64,000 bases of DNA, from positions 8,566 to 72,565 of the forward strand of contig JABMRF010000007.1 of NCBI GenBank assembly GCA_013202715.1. The letters are read 5' to 3'. Source of the stretch: Candidatus Kuenenbacteria bacterium. Its GTDB lineage: Bacteria; Patescibacteriota; Patescibacteriia; UBA11705; JABHMO01. A program made the translations under genes and the position numbers. Below the pieces are notes generated by a model, which did not search any database, was not told the DNA's origin, and saw nothing but the letters and a program-made list of their open reading frames with translations. Below are positions 1-9,928 of the stretch, piece after piece. How positions within the stretch are numbered: the stretch's first letter is position 1; each line of letters opens with the position of its first letter.

Positions 1-201
1 TTCCAGGAATTGAATAAAATGTTTAAACGCATCTAACTGTGAATAGATCATTTGACAAAATGTTAAATTTTAGCTAAAATAGTTAAGTAAATTAAGAAAT
101 AATATTGTCCTCAGAAATTATTAAATATTAAGATAATTTCGCTAAAATTAGATAAATTTTATTAAACTATGTCAAACGATAGCTTGATATTAAGTTTTGT
201 G

Positions 202-229
202 TTGACATATTTTTTAAAACCATTATAAT
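202..229 (+). promoter_or_regulatory. sigma70-like promoter (TTGACA-16-TATAAT) upstream of infA
   Basis: TTGACA at 202-207, 16-nt spacer, TATAAT at 224-229, 17 nt before infA ATG. Confidence 0.55.
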
Positions 230-245
230 TAAATTACTTTAATTC

Positions 246-461
246 ATGGCAAAAAAAGACATCATTGAAATGCGGGGTGTGGTTGATGAACTATTACCTG
301 CAGCAGCTTTCATCGTAACTCTGGAAAATGGGCATACGATTACAGCTCATCTAGCAGGAAAAATGCGAATGAACAGAATCAGAATTCTGGTCGGAGATAA
401 GATAAAGGTGGAATTAACGCCTTATGACTTGTCTCGCGGTCGGATAACATATCGCTTTTAG
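246..461 (+). CDS. infA: translation initiation factor IF-1
   Basis: 71 aa; S1-like OB fold sequence MAKKD..GVV..LPN..F.V.LENGH...AH.SGKMR...I.IL.GD.V..E..PYDL..GRI highly typical of IF-1. Confidence 0.9.
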   Translation: MAKKDIIEMRGVVDELLPAAAFIVTLENGHTITAHLAGKMRMNRIRILVGDKIKVELTPYDLSRGRITYRF

Positions 462-529
462 CAAAACTGATCAAAATTTAAAATCCAAGAAAACTTTTTA
501 TTTTTTTAGTATCGTATTTTGAAATATAT

Positions 530-643
530 ATGAAAGTAAGAGCTTCAGTAAAAAAAATGTGTAAAGATTGCAAGGTTGTCCGTCGCGAACGGAGAGTCCA
601 TGTGATTTGTAAAAACCCTAAGCACAAACAGCGTCAGGGCTAA
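530..643 (+). CDS. rpmJ: 50S ribosomal protein L36 (zinc ribbon)
   Basis: 37-aa [40 protein letters not shown] (C-x2-C…C…H); not in ORF track (<60 aa); canonical position between infA and rpsM. Confidence 0.9.
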   Translation: MKVRASVKKMCKDCKVVRRERRVHVICKNPKHKQRQG

Positions 644-649
644 ATTTTT

Positions 650-1036
650 ATGGCTAGAATTGCAGGTGTAAACATTCCAAACGATAAAAGAATAGTCATT
701 GCTCTGACTTATATTTTTGGAATTGGATTAACAACTTCAGGAAAAATTTTAGATACATTGAAGATTGATACGAATATTCGAACAAAAGATTTGAGTGAAG
801 ACCAGGTAAATACCATCCGAATAGAAGTTGAAAAAAAGAAAGTTGAGGGAGCATTGAAGAGAGATGTGATGTCAAACGTAAAAAGAATGAAGGAAATTAA
901 ATCATATAGAGGTTCACGGCACGACAAAAATTTACCATGCCGTGGCCAAAGAACAAAAACGAATAGCAGAAGTGTTCGTGGTAATACTAAAAAAACAGTA
1001 GGAAGTGGCCGAAAGGCGTCAGCGCAAAAAACTTAG
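650..1036 (+). CDS. rpsM: 30S ribosomal protein S13
   Basis: [24 protein letters not shown]…IKSYRG.RH..NLP.RGQRT.TN. signature. Confidence 0.9.
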   Translation: MARIAGVNIPNDKRIVIALTYIFGIGLTTSGKILDTLKIDTNIRTKDLSEDQVNTIRIEVEKKKVEGALKRDVMSNVKRMKEIKSYRGSRHDKNLPCRGQRTKTNSRSVRGNTKKTVGSGRKASAQKT

Positions 1037-1080
1037 TTGATTAAGTTGATTAGTTAATTAAGTTAATTTAAACGTTTACT

Positions 1081-1704
1081 ATGGCAGACGAAAAAACAAC
1101 AACAAATGAAAAAAAGCCAAAAGAAATTGTAGAGCCTGTACCAGCAGCTGCTCCTGTTGATGATGCATATGATTCAATTGTGAATTCTGCAGCAAGCGTT
1201 GATGATGCTTTTGCTTCAATAACTTCTGGTGGCGATGACAAGAAGGAAGAGGGAGGTCTCGAGTTTTCTGAAGAACCTGTTGAATTGGCAAAAAAGAAAA
1301 AAGAAGGGAAAAAGGGAGCAAAACCAAAAAAAGGGAAAAAGAAAAAAGTATATAGACAAGTAACAGTTGGTGCTGCTTATATAAAGGCGACTTACAACAA
1401 CACAATCGTTTCTTTGACTGATCAGGCTGGAAATGTGATATCTTTTTCAAGCGCTGGCGCAAATGGATTTCGAGGACCGAAAAAAGCTACACCTTATGCT
1501 GCAACTGTAATTGTTCGCGATGCTGCTGAAAAAGCAAAACCATATGGCCTCAAAGATGTAAATGTCTTTGTTCGTGGTGTGGGTATGGGCCGCGAGTCAG
1601 CAGTAAGAGCATTGAATGCAAATGGACTAAATGTATTATCAATAAAAGACGTAACTCCAATTCCGCACAATGGTTGCCGGAAAAGGAAACCTCGTCGAGT
1701 TTAA
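1081..1704 (+). CDS. rpsK: 30S ribosomal protein S11 with ~80-aa N-terminal acidic/lysine-rich extension
   Basis: C-terminal 125 aa match S11 (…AHIKATFNNTIVS.TD..GN..SWSSAG..GF.G.KK.TP.AA…NGCR..K.RRV); N-terminus is low-complexity (A/D/E/K). Confidence 0.85.
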   Translation: MADEKTTTNEKKPKEIVEPVPAAAPVDDAYDSIVNSAASVDDAFASITSGGDDKKEEGGLEFSEEPVELAKKKKEGKKGAKPKKGKKKKVYRQVTVGAAYIKATYNNTIVSLTDQAGNVISFSSAGANGFRGPKKATPYAATVIVRDAAEKAKPYGLKDVNVFVRGVGMGRESAVRALNANGLNVLSIKDVTPIPHNGCRKRKPRRV

Positions 1705-1706
1705 AT

Positions 1707-2345
1707 ATGGGAAGAGATTTAACCCAAAAATGTAAACAATGTCGCAGAGAAGGCGTGAAGCTAATGCTGAAAGGCGAACGTTGTGAAAGTACGAAGTGCG
1801 CTCTTGTAAAAAGGAACTATATTCCTGGCGTACATGGTTTGAAATTGGGCCGAGGTGGTCGCATGTCAGGTTATGGAATTCAGCTTCGTGAAAAACAAAA
1901 GGCCAAGAGAACTTATCGACTCATGGAAAAACAGTTTAGAAATTATTTTGATAAAGCGATTAATACAAAAGCTGGAGAAACCGGTGAAAACTTATTCAAT
2001 CTTTTGGAAATGAGAATGGATAATGTAGTATATAAAGCTGGATTTTGTGGAAGTAGAGATTTTGCAAAACAAGCTATTGGCCATGGAGCTTTTCAAGTCA
2101 ATGGAAAAAAACTGGACATCCCATCATATCAAATGAAAGTAAAAGACAAGATAACTATTCGACCGAAAAATCTAAAGATGCCGCAATTTATCGATTTGGC
2201 TGAGAAATTAAAAAAGAGACAACTTCCAGAATGGTTAGCAGTTGATTTGAAGACATTAGAGATCACCGTAATCGGAGTTCCTAATTTACAAAAAGACATT
2301 CCGAGTTTCGATCTAAAGGCAATTATTGAGTTCTATTCTAAATAA
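1707..2345 (+). CDS. rpsD: 30S ribosomal protein S4
   Basis: MGRDLTQKCKQCRREGVKL… Zn-ribbon N-terminus + S4 domain; ATG at 1707 preferred over track start 1674, which overlaps rpsK. Confidence 0.85.
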   Translation: MGRDLTQKCKQCRREGVKLMLKGERCESTKCALVKRNYIPGVHGLKLGRGGRMSGYGIQLREKQKAKRTYRLMEKQFRNYFDKAINTKAGETGENLFNLLEMRMDNVVYKAGFCGSRDFAKQAIGHGAFQVNGKKLDIPSYQMKVKDKITIRPKNLKMPQFIDLAEKLKKRQLPEWLAVDLKTLEITVIGVPNLQKDIPSFDLKAIIEFYSK

Positions 2346-2411
2346 AGATAATTAATCAATATCTGTCGCAGGACAACATAAGTCCGAAGGCAGTATAAAC
2401 ACAAAAAAAAT

Positions 2412-3122
2412 ATGGAAAAGCTACTTTTACCGTCAAAGATCTCTTTTGAAAAATCAAAAGAAGCAAACAAATCTGTTTTTACCGTTGAGCCATGCTATTT
2501 TGGCTACGGAACAACACTGGGTAATGCACTTAGACGCGTATTGCTCTCATCACTTCCTGGCGCAGCAGTTACAGCTGTGAAAATCAAGGGCGCAGACCAA
2601 GAATTTTCATCTATGGAAAATGTAAAGGAAGATGTTTTGAATATTTGTTTGAACCTAAAAGCTTTGAATCTAAAAGTTTTTAGCTCAGAGCCAGTGAAGT
2701 TAACTTTGAAAACTAAAGGAGTAAAAGACGTAACTGCCGCTGATTTTGACAAGAACAGTGATGTTGAAATCATTAATACCGACTTAGTACTAGCAACTCT
2801 TACTGATAAAAACGCTGAAATGGAAATGGAAATTACAGTTGAACAGGGAAGAGGATATAGTCCGACCGAAGAGAGAAGTAAGGATGAAATTGAGATTGGA
2901 ACAATTTTGATCGACGCCTTGTTCTCACCAGTTCAAAAAGTTGGTTATAAAGTTATTCCAGTTCGAGTTGGTGATATCACTAACTATGATAAATTAACAA
3001 TGGAAATTGAAACTGATGGAACGATTACTCCTGAGGAAGCCGTAGATCAGACAGTAAAAATATTAATTGACCATTTTTCTCTATTAACAACTACTAAAGA
3101 AGAAGAAAAAGCCGCGGAATAA
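2412..3122 (+). CDS. rpoA: DNA-directed RNA polymerase alpha subunit, N-terminal (dimerisation/assembly) domain only, 236 aa
   Basis: αNTD motifs (…EPCYFGYGTTLGNALRRVLLSSLPGAAVTAVKI…); ORF ends ~aa 236 with no αCTD (see findings). Confidence 0.85.
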   Translation: MEKLLLPSKISFEKSKEANKSVFTVEPCYFGYGTTLGNALRRVLLSSLPGAAVTAVKIKGADQEFSSMENVKEDVLNICLNLKALNLKVFSSEPVKLTLKTKGVKDVTAADFDKNSDVEIINTDLVLATLTDKNAEMEMEITVEQGRGYSPTEERSKDEIEIGTILIDALFSPVQKVGYKVIPVRVGDITNYDKLTMEIETDGTITPEEAVDQTVKILIDHFSLLTTTKEEEKAAE

Positions 3123-3239
3123 AGCGGATCCAACCCTTCGATAAACTCAGGGCAGGCGCGGATATAGCGGAAAGTGCACAACACATGTTAGCACGATCCG
3201 TATTAATCCGCGTATAATCCGTTAAATCCGCGTTTACAT

Positions 3240-3590
3240 ATGAGACACCATAAAACAACACCAAGTTTAAGCCGAAAAGTAGGCCCAAGAAAAGCATTGC
3301 TAAGAGGATTAGCAACAAGTTTGGTGTTGAATGGAAAAATGAAAACCACTCTGCCAAAGGCAAAAGCAATTCAGCCGATTGTCGAAAAATATGTAACGAC
3401 CAGCAAGAAGAAAAATCTTGCCAATCGAAGACAGTTATTGAAATATTTTTATGAAGAAAAAGCTGTGAATATATTGCTTGATGAATTGGGACCAAAATAC
3501 AAAGAACGTCCAGGTGGTTACACCAGAATTGCAAAACTTGGTAAAAGAAAAGGTGATGACGCTGAAATGGCGCTAATCGAATTCGTGTAA
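3240..3590 (+). CDS. rplQ: 50S ribosomal protein L17
   Basis: MRHHK…LSR…RKALLRGLATSL… typical L17; canonical position after rpoA. Confidence 0.9.
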   Translation: MRHHKTTPSLSRKVGPRKALLRGLATSLVLNGKMKTTLPKAKAIQPIVEKYVTTSKKKNLANRRQLLKYFYEEKAVNILLDELGPKYKERPGGYTRIAKLGKRKGDDAEMALIEFV

Positions 3591-3699
3591 ATCACGAATA
3601 GCACGAATTAGCGCGAATAAGCACGAACATCATTAGCGAAATTAAATAATGTATTTATTGGCGAATATTCGAGTGAATTCGCGAAATTAGTGATTATAT

Positions 3700-4056
3700 A
3701 TGGAAAGAAAATTACACAAAATTGATGCAAATGGTAAAGTCTTGGGGCGTTTAGCTTCAGAGATTGCAATTATATTACATGGAAAACACAAGGTTGAGTA
3801 TCAAGCAAATACAGATATTGGTGATATTGTTGAAGTGACCAACTATGATAAAGTAAAAGTGACCGGTAATAAAGTTAATGATAAATTATACCACCATCAT
3901 TCAGGTTATATTGGAGGATTGAAAACCACCAATTTTAAAAAGAAAATGGAAAAAGATCCAAAGTTTATTTTACACAATGCAGTTTTCCATATGTTGCCAA
4001 AGAATAAGCTGAGAGCGCACATGATTAAACGACTTAAATTTATTGAAACTAAATAA
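3700..4056 (+). CDS. rplM: 50S ribosomal protein L13
   Basis: …DA.G..LGRLAS.IA..L.GKHK….D.GD.V.V.N…V.VTGNK..DK.Y..HSGY.GG.K… L13 signature. Confidence 0.9.
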   Translation: MERKLHKIDANGKVLGRLASEIAIILHGKHKVEYQANTDIGDIVEVTNYDKVKVTGNKVNDKLYHHHSGYIGGLKTTNFKKKMEKDPKFILHNAVFHMLPKNKLRAHMIKRLKFIETK

Positions 4057-4058
4057 AT

Positions 4059-4658
4059 ATGGCCACAGAAAAGAAAACAACTACTAAGACTGAAAAAAAA
4101 CCCCAGCCAAAGACTGATTCGCCTGTGGCGAAGGCAGTTAAAAAACCGGCAGCACCGAAAAAAATAACAAAGAAAAAAGCTGAGCCTAAAACAGCCGCCG
4201 TTAAAGTTGAAAAAAAAGAACCGGTAAAGCCAGCAGAAGTAAAAGAAAAAGTTGTAAAAAAGACAGGTGGTGAATATTTATATGGTGTCGGACGAAGAAA
4301 AACCGGCATTGCGCAGGTTAGAGTTTACAAAAAAGGTACAGGAAAAGTTACTGTTAATGAAAAAGATTCCTTGCATTATTTTCCAACCGCAGAGCAGCAA
4401 GAGCGGATAATGTCTCCTCTGAAAATTGTTGGGCAGGTTGGTAAGCTCGATGTAACCGTGAAAGTTAGTGGTGGTGGGCCGATCGCTCAGGCCGGTGCAA
4501 TTCGTCATGGAATATCTCGCGCACTGTTGCAGCTAAATCCTAATTTCAAAAAACCATTGAAAAAAGCCGGCTATCTGACTCGTGATCCGAGAAAGAAAGA
4601 AAGAAAGAAACCGGGTTTGAAGAGAGCCAGAAAAGCTCCACAGTGGAAGAAACGTTAA
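4059..4658 (+). CDS. rpsI: 30S ribosomal protein S9 with ~70-aa Lys/Pro/Ala-rich (histone H1-like) N-terminal extension
   Basis: C-terminal …YGVGRRKTGIAQVRVYKGTGKVTVN…GGGPIAQAGAIRHGISRAL…KKAGYLTRDPR.KERKKPGLKRARKAPQWKKR = S9. Confidence 0.9.
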   Translation: MATEKKTTTKTEKKPQPKTDSPVAKAVKKPAAPKKITKKKAEPKTAAVKVEKKEPVKPAEVKEKVVKKTGGEYLYGVGRRKTGIAQVRVYKKGTGKVTVNEKDSLHYFPTAEQQERIMSPLKIVGQVGKLDVTVKVSGGGPIAQAGAIRHGISRALLQLNPNFKKPLKKAGYLTRDPRKKERKKPGLKRARKAPQWKKR

Positions 4659-4683
4659 ATATAAGAATCAGATACTATATAAA

Positions 4684-4709
4684 AAACCGCTCCTTTGGGG
4701 CGGTTTTTG
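4684..4709 (+). terminator. rho-independent terminator (AACCGCTCC-loop-GGGGCGGTT + U-run)
   Basis: hairpin followed by TTTTTGG directly after rpsI. Confidence 0.7.
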
Positions 4710-4766
4710 GATTGAGGTCTTAGGAAACATTGCAATTTTAGTATATTTTAGTTATAATTCTTTTAT

Positions 4767-6221
4767 ATGGCTACGGAAACCGTAACAAAAAACACAACTT
4801 ATCTGACCAGTTCCTATATTTGGCAAAAACTTTTGTCGTTTTTTTATTTTGTAATGGTGGCTCGATTTATCGGTGTGGAAAATCTTGGTAAATATGCATT
4901 TGCAATTTCATTTGTAACGCTGTTCGCAGTTTTTGTTGATCTGGGCCTAAATCAGGCTCTGATTCGGGAGTCAGCAAAATTTCAGGAAAAATCAAAAAAT
5001 TACTTGTCTTCAATTTTGTCGGTCAAAGTTTTGGGATCATTTATCGTCTATATAATTGTGGTCGTTTTAATTAATCTCCTCAACTATCCAACTCTCACAA
5101 AAACTCTGGTTTATCTGGCCGGAATTCCAATGATTTTTGACCAGTTTGCAAATACTTTCTGGGCAGTTTTTCGTGGTCATCAAAATCTAAAATGGGAAGC
5201 AATCAGTATTGCCATTAATCAGGTGATAATTTTAGTGATTGGATTGACCGTACTGTATTTGCGTTTGCCTCTGGTCTGGTTAATGCTTCCGTTTATCTGC
5301 GCCAGCTTATTCAGTTTCTTGTTTGCCGGCTATAGCGTTAGAAAGATTTTGAAAGTAAAATATTTATTAAGATTTGACAAAAAGATCTTGCTGTTTCTGT
5401 TTTCAATCGCGGTCCCGTTTGCCCTGATCGCAGTTTTCAGTCGCGTGTATGGATATATTGATACAGTAATGCTCTCTAAAATGATTGGCGACAAAGCGGT
5501 TGGCTGGTATCAGGTGGCCATGAAAATTCCGTTTGCTTTGCAATTTATCCCAGCCGCACTCGCCGCAGCGATCTTTCCGGCCTTTAGTCATCATTTTTTA
5601 CATAATAAAGGACAGCTCAAATTTACTTTTGACCGCGTCATGAAGTTTTTGATGATTATTGTTGTACCGATCTCAGTCGGGGTGGCGGTTTTGGCAAGGC
5701 CAATTATCATGTTCTTTTATGGGCCCGAATATGAGCCTTCGATTCTGCCATTGCAAATCCTAATGGCAGGATTGATTTTTGTGTTTTTGAATTTTCCACT
5801 TGGTTCACTGCTAAATGCTTGCAATAAACACGTTACGAATATGATTTTGGTTGGGGTGATTATGGTTATAAATATCGGGTTAAATATATATTTGATTCCT
5901 GAATATAGTTTTGTTGGAGCAGCTTTTTCATTTTTAGTAAGCCATTGTTTATTATTTATCGTCAGTTTATTTGTTGCAAATAAAATTATTCCGTACAGCA
6001 AATTCAACTTATTGTCCGTTATTTTGAAAACAATGATCAGCGTTTTGGCAATGGGCGTTGTTTTGACGTATTTAATTAGCACGTTGCATTTTATAGTTTT
6101 AATTGCAATTGGCGCCTTGATTTACCTTGGTGTCATGTTTATTATCAGAGGCTTTACCACAAATGATTTAAAATATTTTTGGCAGGTTTTGATAAAAAGA
6201 AAGAAGGTGGGGGATTCCTAA
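4767..6221 (+). CDS. MOP-superfamily (Wzx/MurJ-like) polysaccharide/lipid-linked oligosaccharide flippase
   Basis: 484-aa polytopic membrane protein with 'polysaccharide biosynthesis protein' architecture; adjacent GT4. Confidence 0.6.
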   Translation: MATETVTKNTTYLTSSYIWQKLLSFFYFVMVARFIGVENLGKYAFAISFVTLFAVFVDLGLNQALIRESAKFQEKSKNYLSSILSVKVLGSFIVYIIVVVLINLLNYPTLTKTLVYLAGIPMIFDQFANTFWAVFRGHQNLKWEAISIAINQVIILVIGLTVLYLRLPLVWLMLPFICASLFSFLFAGYSVRKILKVKYLLRFDKKILLFLFSIAVPFALIAVFSRVYGYIDTVMLSKMIGDKAVGWYQVAMKIPFALQFIPAALAAAIFPAFSHHFLHNKGQLKFTFDRVMKFLMIIVVPISVGVAVLARPIIMFFYGPEYEPSILPLQILMAGLIFVFLNFPLGSLLNACNKHVTNMILVGVIMVINIGLNIYLIPEYSFVGAAFSFLVSHCLLFIVSLFVANKIIPYSKFNLLSVILKTMISVLAMGVVLTYLISTLHFIVLIAIGALIYLGVMFIIRGFTTNDLKYFWQVLIKRKKVGDS

Positions 6222-6279
6222 TTTGATTGACAATTCGTCAGATAAAGGATAAGAAGGGAGTGAACAGTTATTCTGATTT

Positions 6280-7419
6280 ATGAAAAGAACACTATTGGTC
6301 ACAATTGATTTTCCGCCAATGTTTGGAGGAGTGGCAAATTATTGGGCAAATTTATGTCGCTGCATGCCAAGCGATAGTTTTGTAGTATTGGCGCAGGAAT
6401 ATGACAATTCCCTAGATTTTGATATCAAGCAAAATTATTTAATATATCGAAAAAATTTAATTTCAAATAATAAATGGCTGTGGCCGAAATGGCTACCGCT
6501 TTTGTATCAAACTTACAAATTAATTCGAAGTGAAAATATAAAGAAACTGGTTGTCGGACATGTCTTGCCAACCGGAACGGTAGCATATATATTAAAAAAA
6601 TTATTACGTGTCCCGTATCTGGTTTCGATTCATGGACTGGACATTGCCATTGCGCAACAGAACAAAAGAAAAAAATGGCTTATGCGAAAAGTGTTTAGTC
6701 AGGCGGAAAAAATTATTACAAATAGTAATTATACAAAAGAACAACTTCTCAAATTGGATTGTTGTGTGAAAGATGATGTTGTTGTTGTCTATCCTTGTCC
6801 GAATAAAACCCTTGGAAAGGGAAGTGAGGAATTTAAACAAAGAGTGTTTCAGAATAATAATTTGCAGAATAAAAAGATCATCTTAACGGTCGGTCGACTG
6901 GTTGAAAGAAAGGGCCATGATAAAGTAATTGAAGCTATGCCTGAGATTTTGGAGAAGATTCCAAATGCAGTTTATATTATTGTTGGTCAGGGGAAGCAAC
7001 TTTCAGATTTAAAAACAAAAGCCGAAGAGATACAGGTAAAAGACAAAGTTTTATTTTTTACAGACATGATGGACAATGAGTTACCTACGTTTTACGAGCT
7101 GGCTGATGTGTTTATCATGCCGTCACGTCAACTTGCCAATGGCGATGTGGAGGGGTTTGGTATAGTCTATTTAGAAGCAAATATCTACGCTAAGCCTGCT
7201 ATTGCCGGAAAGTCCGGTGGAGCAGTTGAGGCGGTAGAGCATAATTTAAATGGATTGTTAGTTGATCCGTTAAATATCAATGAAATCAGCCAGGCAATTG
7301 TTTCAGTTCTTGAAAATCAGACCAAAGCAAAAGAATTGGGGGAGAGAGGGCGTGAGCGCGTAATCGAAAAATTCAATTGGGAAAAACAAGCGGCTGAGTT
7401 AGTGAAGATATTGAGTTAA
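6280..7419 (+). CDS. glycosyltransferase family 4 (GT-B)
   Basis: EGFGIVYLEA…G.P.IA…GG..E.V. motif of GT4 retaining glycosyltransferases. Confidence 0.75.
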   Translation: MKRTLLVTIDFPPMFGGVANYWANLCRCMPSDSFVVLAQEYDNSLDFDIKQNYLIYRKNLISNNKWLWPKWLPLLYQTYKLIRSENIKKLVVGHVLPTGTVAYILKKLLRVPYLVSIHGLDIAIAQQNKRKKWLMRKVFSQAEKIITNSNYTKEQLLKLDCCVKDDVVVVYPCPNKTLGKGSEEFKQRVFQNNNLQNKKIILTVGRLVERKGHDKVIEAMPEILEKIPNAVYIIVGQGKQLSDLKTKAEEIQVKDKVLFFTDMMDNELPTFYELADVFIMPSRQLANGDVEGFGIVYLEANIYAKPAIAGKSGGAVEAVEHNLNGLLVDPLNINEISQAIVSVLENQTKAKELGERGRERVIEKFNWEKQAAELVKILS

Positions 7420-7431
7420 TTAATCATAAAT

Positions 7432-8106
7432 ATGAAAAAATTCGTTCTTGATCTCGGCGGATCAATTGTGGCGCCGGAAAAGTTTGATACTGAGTTTTTG
7501 CAGAAAATGCGAAGTTTGCTGTTGCGTCACATTACAGATAGTCAGTTTTTTGTTGTAATTGGCGGCGGTTATGTTTGCCGAAAATACCTTCAGGGTGCGA
7601 AAAGTGTAACATCCCTTGAGCCAAGTGATTTGGATTGGCTCGGAATTCAGGCCACCAGATTAAATGCCAAATTTTTCCAAACAATAATAGGCGATGCTGC
7701 TTGTTCAGAGATTTTCTTGGATCCAAATGAAATGCCAAAAACTGACAAGAAAATAATTGTTGGTGGGGGATGGGAACCTGGAAATTCAACTGACTATGTG
7801 GCCACCGTCATTGCCAAGAATCAGCAGGTTGATACTTTGGTTGTCCTTACAAATGTGACGCACGTTTACGACAAGGATCCAAACAAATTCGATGATGCTG
7901 AGCAGTTTGATGATATGACATGGTCCGAGCTCAAGGCCATTATTGGCGATGAGTGGATTCCAGGCGCAAAGTTGCCACTTGACCCATTGGCTTGCCAATT
8001 GGCTGAAAAGGCTGGCTTGAAAGTTGTCGTCATGCACGGAGAAAATATCGACAATTTTGAAAAGTTTTTGAATGGTGAGGATTTTGTAGGTACAACAATC
8101 AGCTAG
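7432..8106 (+). CDS. pyrH: archaeal-type UMP kinase (amino-acid kinase fold)
   Basis: LDLGGS…VVIGGG…ARKY…GIQATRLNA…VGGG.PG.STD…LVV.TNV..VY..DP…GTTI(S) collinear with archaeal PyrH (~225 aa). Confidence 0.65.
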   Translation: MKKFVLDLGGSIVAPEKFDTEFLQKMRSLLLRHITDSQFFVVIGGGYVCRKYLQGAKSVTSLEPSDLDWLGIQATRLNAKFFQTIIGDAACSEIFLDPNEMPKTDKKIIVGGGWEPGNSTDYVATVIAKNQQVDTLVVLTNVTHVYDKDPNKFDDAEQFDDMTWSELKAIIGDEWIPGAKLPLDPLACQLAEKAGLKVVVMHGENIDNFEKFLNGEDFVGTTIS

Positions 8107-8179
8107 TTAATAAATATAAGCGCCATGAATTTAAATATATAAATTGCGTTTTTGTTTAATTTTAGCAAATAAATACCTC

Positions 8180-8208
8180 TTGACGCATGTTTTATTTTCT
8201 AGTATACT
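8180..8208 (+). promoter_or_regulatory. sigma70-like promoter (TTGACG-17-TATACT) of rplJ-rplL operon
   Basis: hexamers at 8180-8185 and 8203-8208. Confidence 0.55.
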
Positions 8209-8437
8209 AATAACAACAATAAAACTCCATAGACAGCAGGTGTTCTTTTCAAGAGCTTAATTTCCTGTCGAGGAATAAGTCAACTTAATTAACTCAATTA
8301 ACTTAATTAACTTGAGTTCATGTCTGTGGATGTTTTCACAGATTTTTTTAATTTCGAATTATGGATTTATGTAGATTTTACGGATTAGTTATATCCGCTC
8401 AATCCGCGTTTGATCCGCAATATCCGCGTTATATTAT
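8209..8437 (+). promoter_or_regulatory. rplJ (L10) leader with attenuator hairpin (8323-8350, TCTGTG…CACAGA + U8) and distal ATCCGC word-repeat array
   Basis: 230-nt 5'UTR; terminator-like stem + ATTTTTTT ~90 nt upstream of ATG, as in autoregulated L10 leaders. Confidence 0.5.
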
Positions 8438-8959
8438 ATGCCTAAGACAAAAGAACAAAAAGAGAAAATTGTAAAAGATTTATCAGATATTATATCTTCT
8501 GCTAAGTCTGTTATAATTGCCAATCATGAAGGGCTGACTGTGAACGATGCACAATTGCTCCGCGAAAATTGCAAAGAGCAAAATGTTCAATTCGTTTCAG
8601 TCAAGAAATCTTTATTAAAATTGGCATTCGCTTCTGCTGGACTAAAAGATGTTGATACAAAAGCAATGGAAGGTAGTTTGGCTGTAGCTATTAGTAAAGA
8701 AGACGAAGTTGCTCCGGCAAAGATTCTAAAAGAATTTGCCAAAAAGCACGAGCAGGTAGTTTTCAACGGCGGAGTTTTGGAAGGCGAGATGGTCTCAGTT
8801 GAGCAAATTGAAAAGTTGGCTGAATTACCAAGCAAACAAGAACTTTATGCCAAGATCGTGGGGTCAATCAAGGCGCCAGTTTCCGGATTTGTTAATGTTT
8901 TGAGAGGAAACCTAAGTGGATTAATTAATGTATTGAATTCTATTAAAGAAACAAAGTGA
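8438..8959 (+). CDS. rplJ: 50S ribosomal protein L10
   Basis: N-terminal …K..V..L…..S…V.A.Y.GLTV.D…LR… and position before rplL. Confidence 0.85.
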   Translation: MPKTKEQKEKIVKDLSDIISSAKSVIIANHEGLTVNDAQLLRENCKEQNVQFVSVKKSLLKLAFASAGLKDVDTKAMEGSLAVAISKEDEVAPAKILKEFAKKHEQVVFNGGVLEGEMVSVEQIEKLAELPSKQELYAKIVGSIKAPVSGFVNVLRGNLSGLINVLNSIKETK

Positions 8960-9057
8960 AAAGCAAGACGAGCAAGACAAGCAAGAAAAGCAAGACGAGT
9001 AAATTTGGATACTTGTCTGGCTGGTCTCGCTGGTTTCACTTGTCTCGCTAAAATAAT

Positions 9058-9555
9058 ATGACAGACGAAAAAACAACAGCTCCAGTAGAGGAGAAGAAAG
9101 AAGCAGCTCCAGTAGCTGAGGAAAAAGTATCCACCTCCGCTGAAGCTACGGCGGACAAGGAAGAAACAAAGGATGTAGAAGTTCCAGCAAAGTTCAAATC
9201 TCTAGTTGAAGAAATTGAAAAAATGTCAGTTATGGATTTGGCAGAGCTTGTAAAAATCCTTGAAGAAAAATTTGGTGTCAGCGCTGCTGCTCCAATGATG
9301 GCTATGGCTGCCGGACCTGGCGCTGCAGCTGAAATAGAAGAAAAATCAGAATTCGATGTAGAATTAGTTGCCTGTGGTGAAAACAAAATCGCAGTTATCA
9401 AGGTTGTAAAAGAAATCTCAGGCCTTGGTCTAAAAGATGCAAAAGATCTAGTTGACGCAGCTCCAAAGGTTTTGAAAGAAGCCGTGAAAAAAGAAGAAGC
9501 TGAAGAAATGAAGAAAAAGATCGAAGAAGCTGGTGGTACTGTAAATTTGAAATAA
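9058..9555 (+). CDS. rplL: 50S ribosomal protein L7/L12 with ~40-aa N-terminal extension
   Basis: …[24 protein letters not shown]…[64 protein letters not shown]. Confidence 0.9.
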   Translation: MTDEKTTAPVEEKKEAAPVAEEKVSTSAEATADKEETKDVEVPAKFKSLVEEIEKMSVMDLAELVKILEEKFGVSAAAPMMAMAAGPGAAAEIEEKSEFDVELVACGENKIAVIKVVKEISGLGLKDAKDLVDAAPKVLKEAVKKEEAEEMKKKIEEAGGTVNLK

Positions 9556-9579
9556 GATTTATACTTCAAAATAAGCAAA

Positions 9580-9606
9580 AAATCCCGCTTTAACCGGGAT
9601 TTTTTG
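9580..9606 (+). terminator. rho-independent terminator (ATCCCG-CTTTAAC-CGGGAT + U6)
   Basis: hairpin + TTTTTTG after rplL; member of the ATCCCG/CGGGAT hairpin family. Confidence 0.75.
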
Positions 9607-9718
9607 TTTGACTTTTCGTCTTTGCTCAGGGTCCTTGACATTGTTTTGTGAATTTGTTAATATTAAAAGTCCGGTGTTCATCAAAAGAATTGAAGTTACA
9701 ATCAATAAGGAGAAGGAA

Positions 9719-9928
9719 ATGGAAAAAGTGAAGCTTGAAAGAAGGGCCACGATAGGAATTAGCGCATTGATAGACATAATGAAGCGTGGTTTCTTTGGAC
9801 AATTTGAAGCGTTTCGACCCGTTGAATGGGAAATAGAAGAAGCACCGAGTAGCGAAAACAAGTTCAAGGTTGATCTCTTGTTGCGTTGCCGTTTGGAAGA
9901 TATTGATTTCAATGAAGTTCTATCATAG
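9719..9928 (+). CDS. hypothetical small protein (69 aa) with strong SD (AAGGAGAAGG)
   Basis: ATG 9719 preceded by AAGGAG; no recognisable family. Confidence 0.35.
   Translation: MEKVKLERRATIGISALIDIMKRGFFGQFEAFRPVEWEIEEAPSSENKFKVDLLLRCRLEDIDFNEVLS

Noticed and set aside
709-1462. Minus-strand ORFs inside ribosomal genes (709-927, 1079-1462) and similar antisense ORFs throughout the track (e.g. 2504-2773, 4049-4309, 8587-8835, 9048-9641, 22303-22617, 61496-62050)
   Set aside because: They lie fully inside well-supported sense-strand genes, have low-complexity or implausible compositions, and are the expected by-product of AT-rich coding sequence. Treated as spurious.
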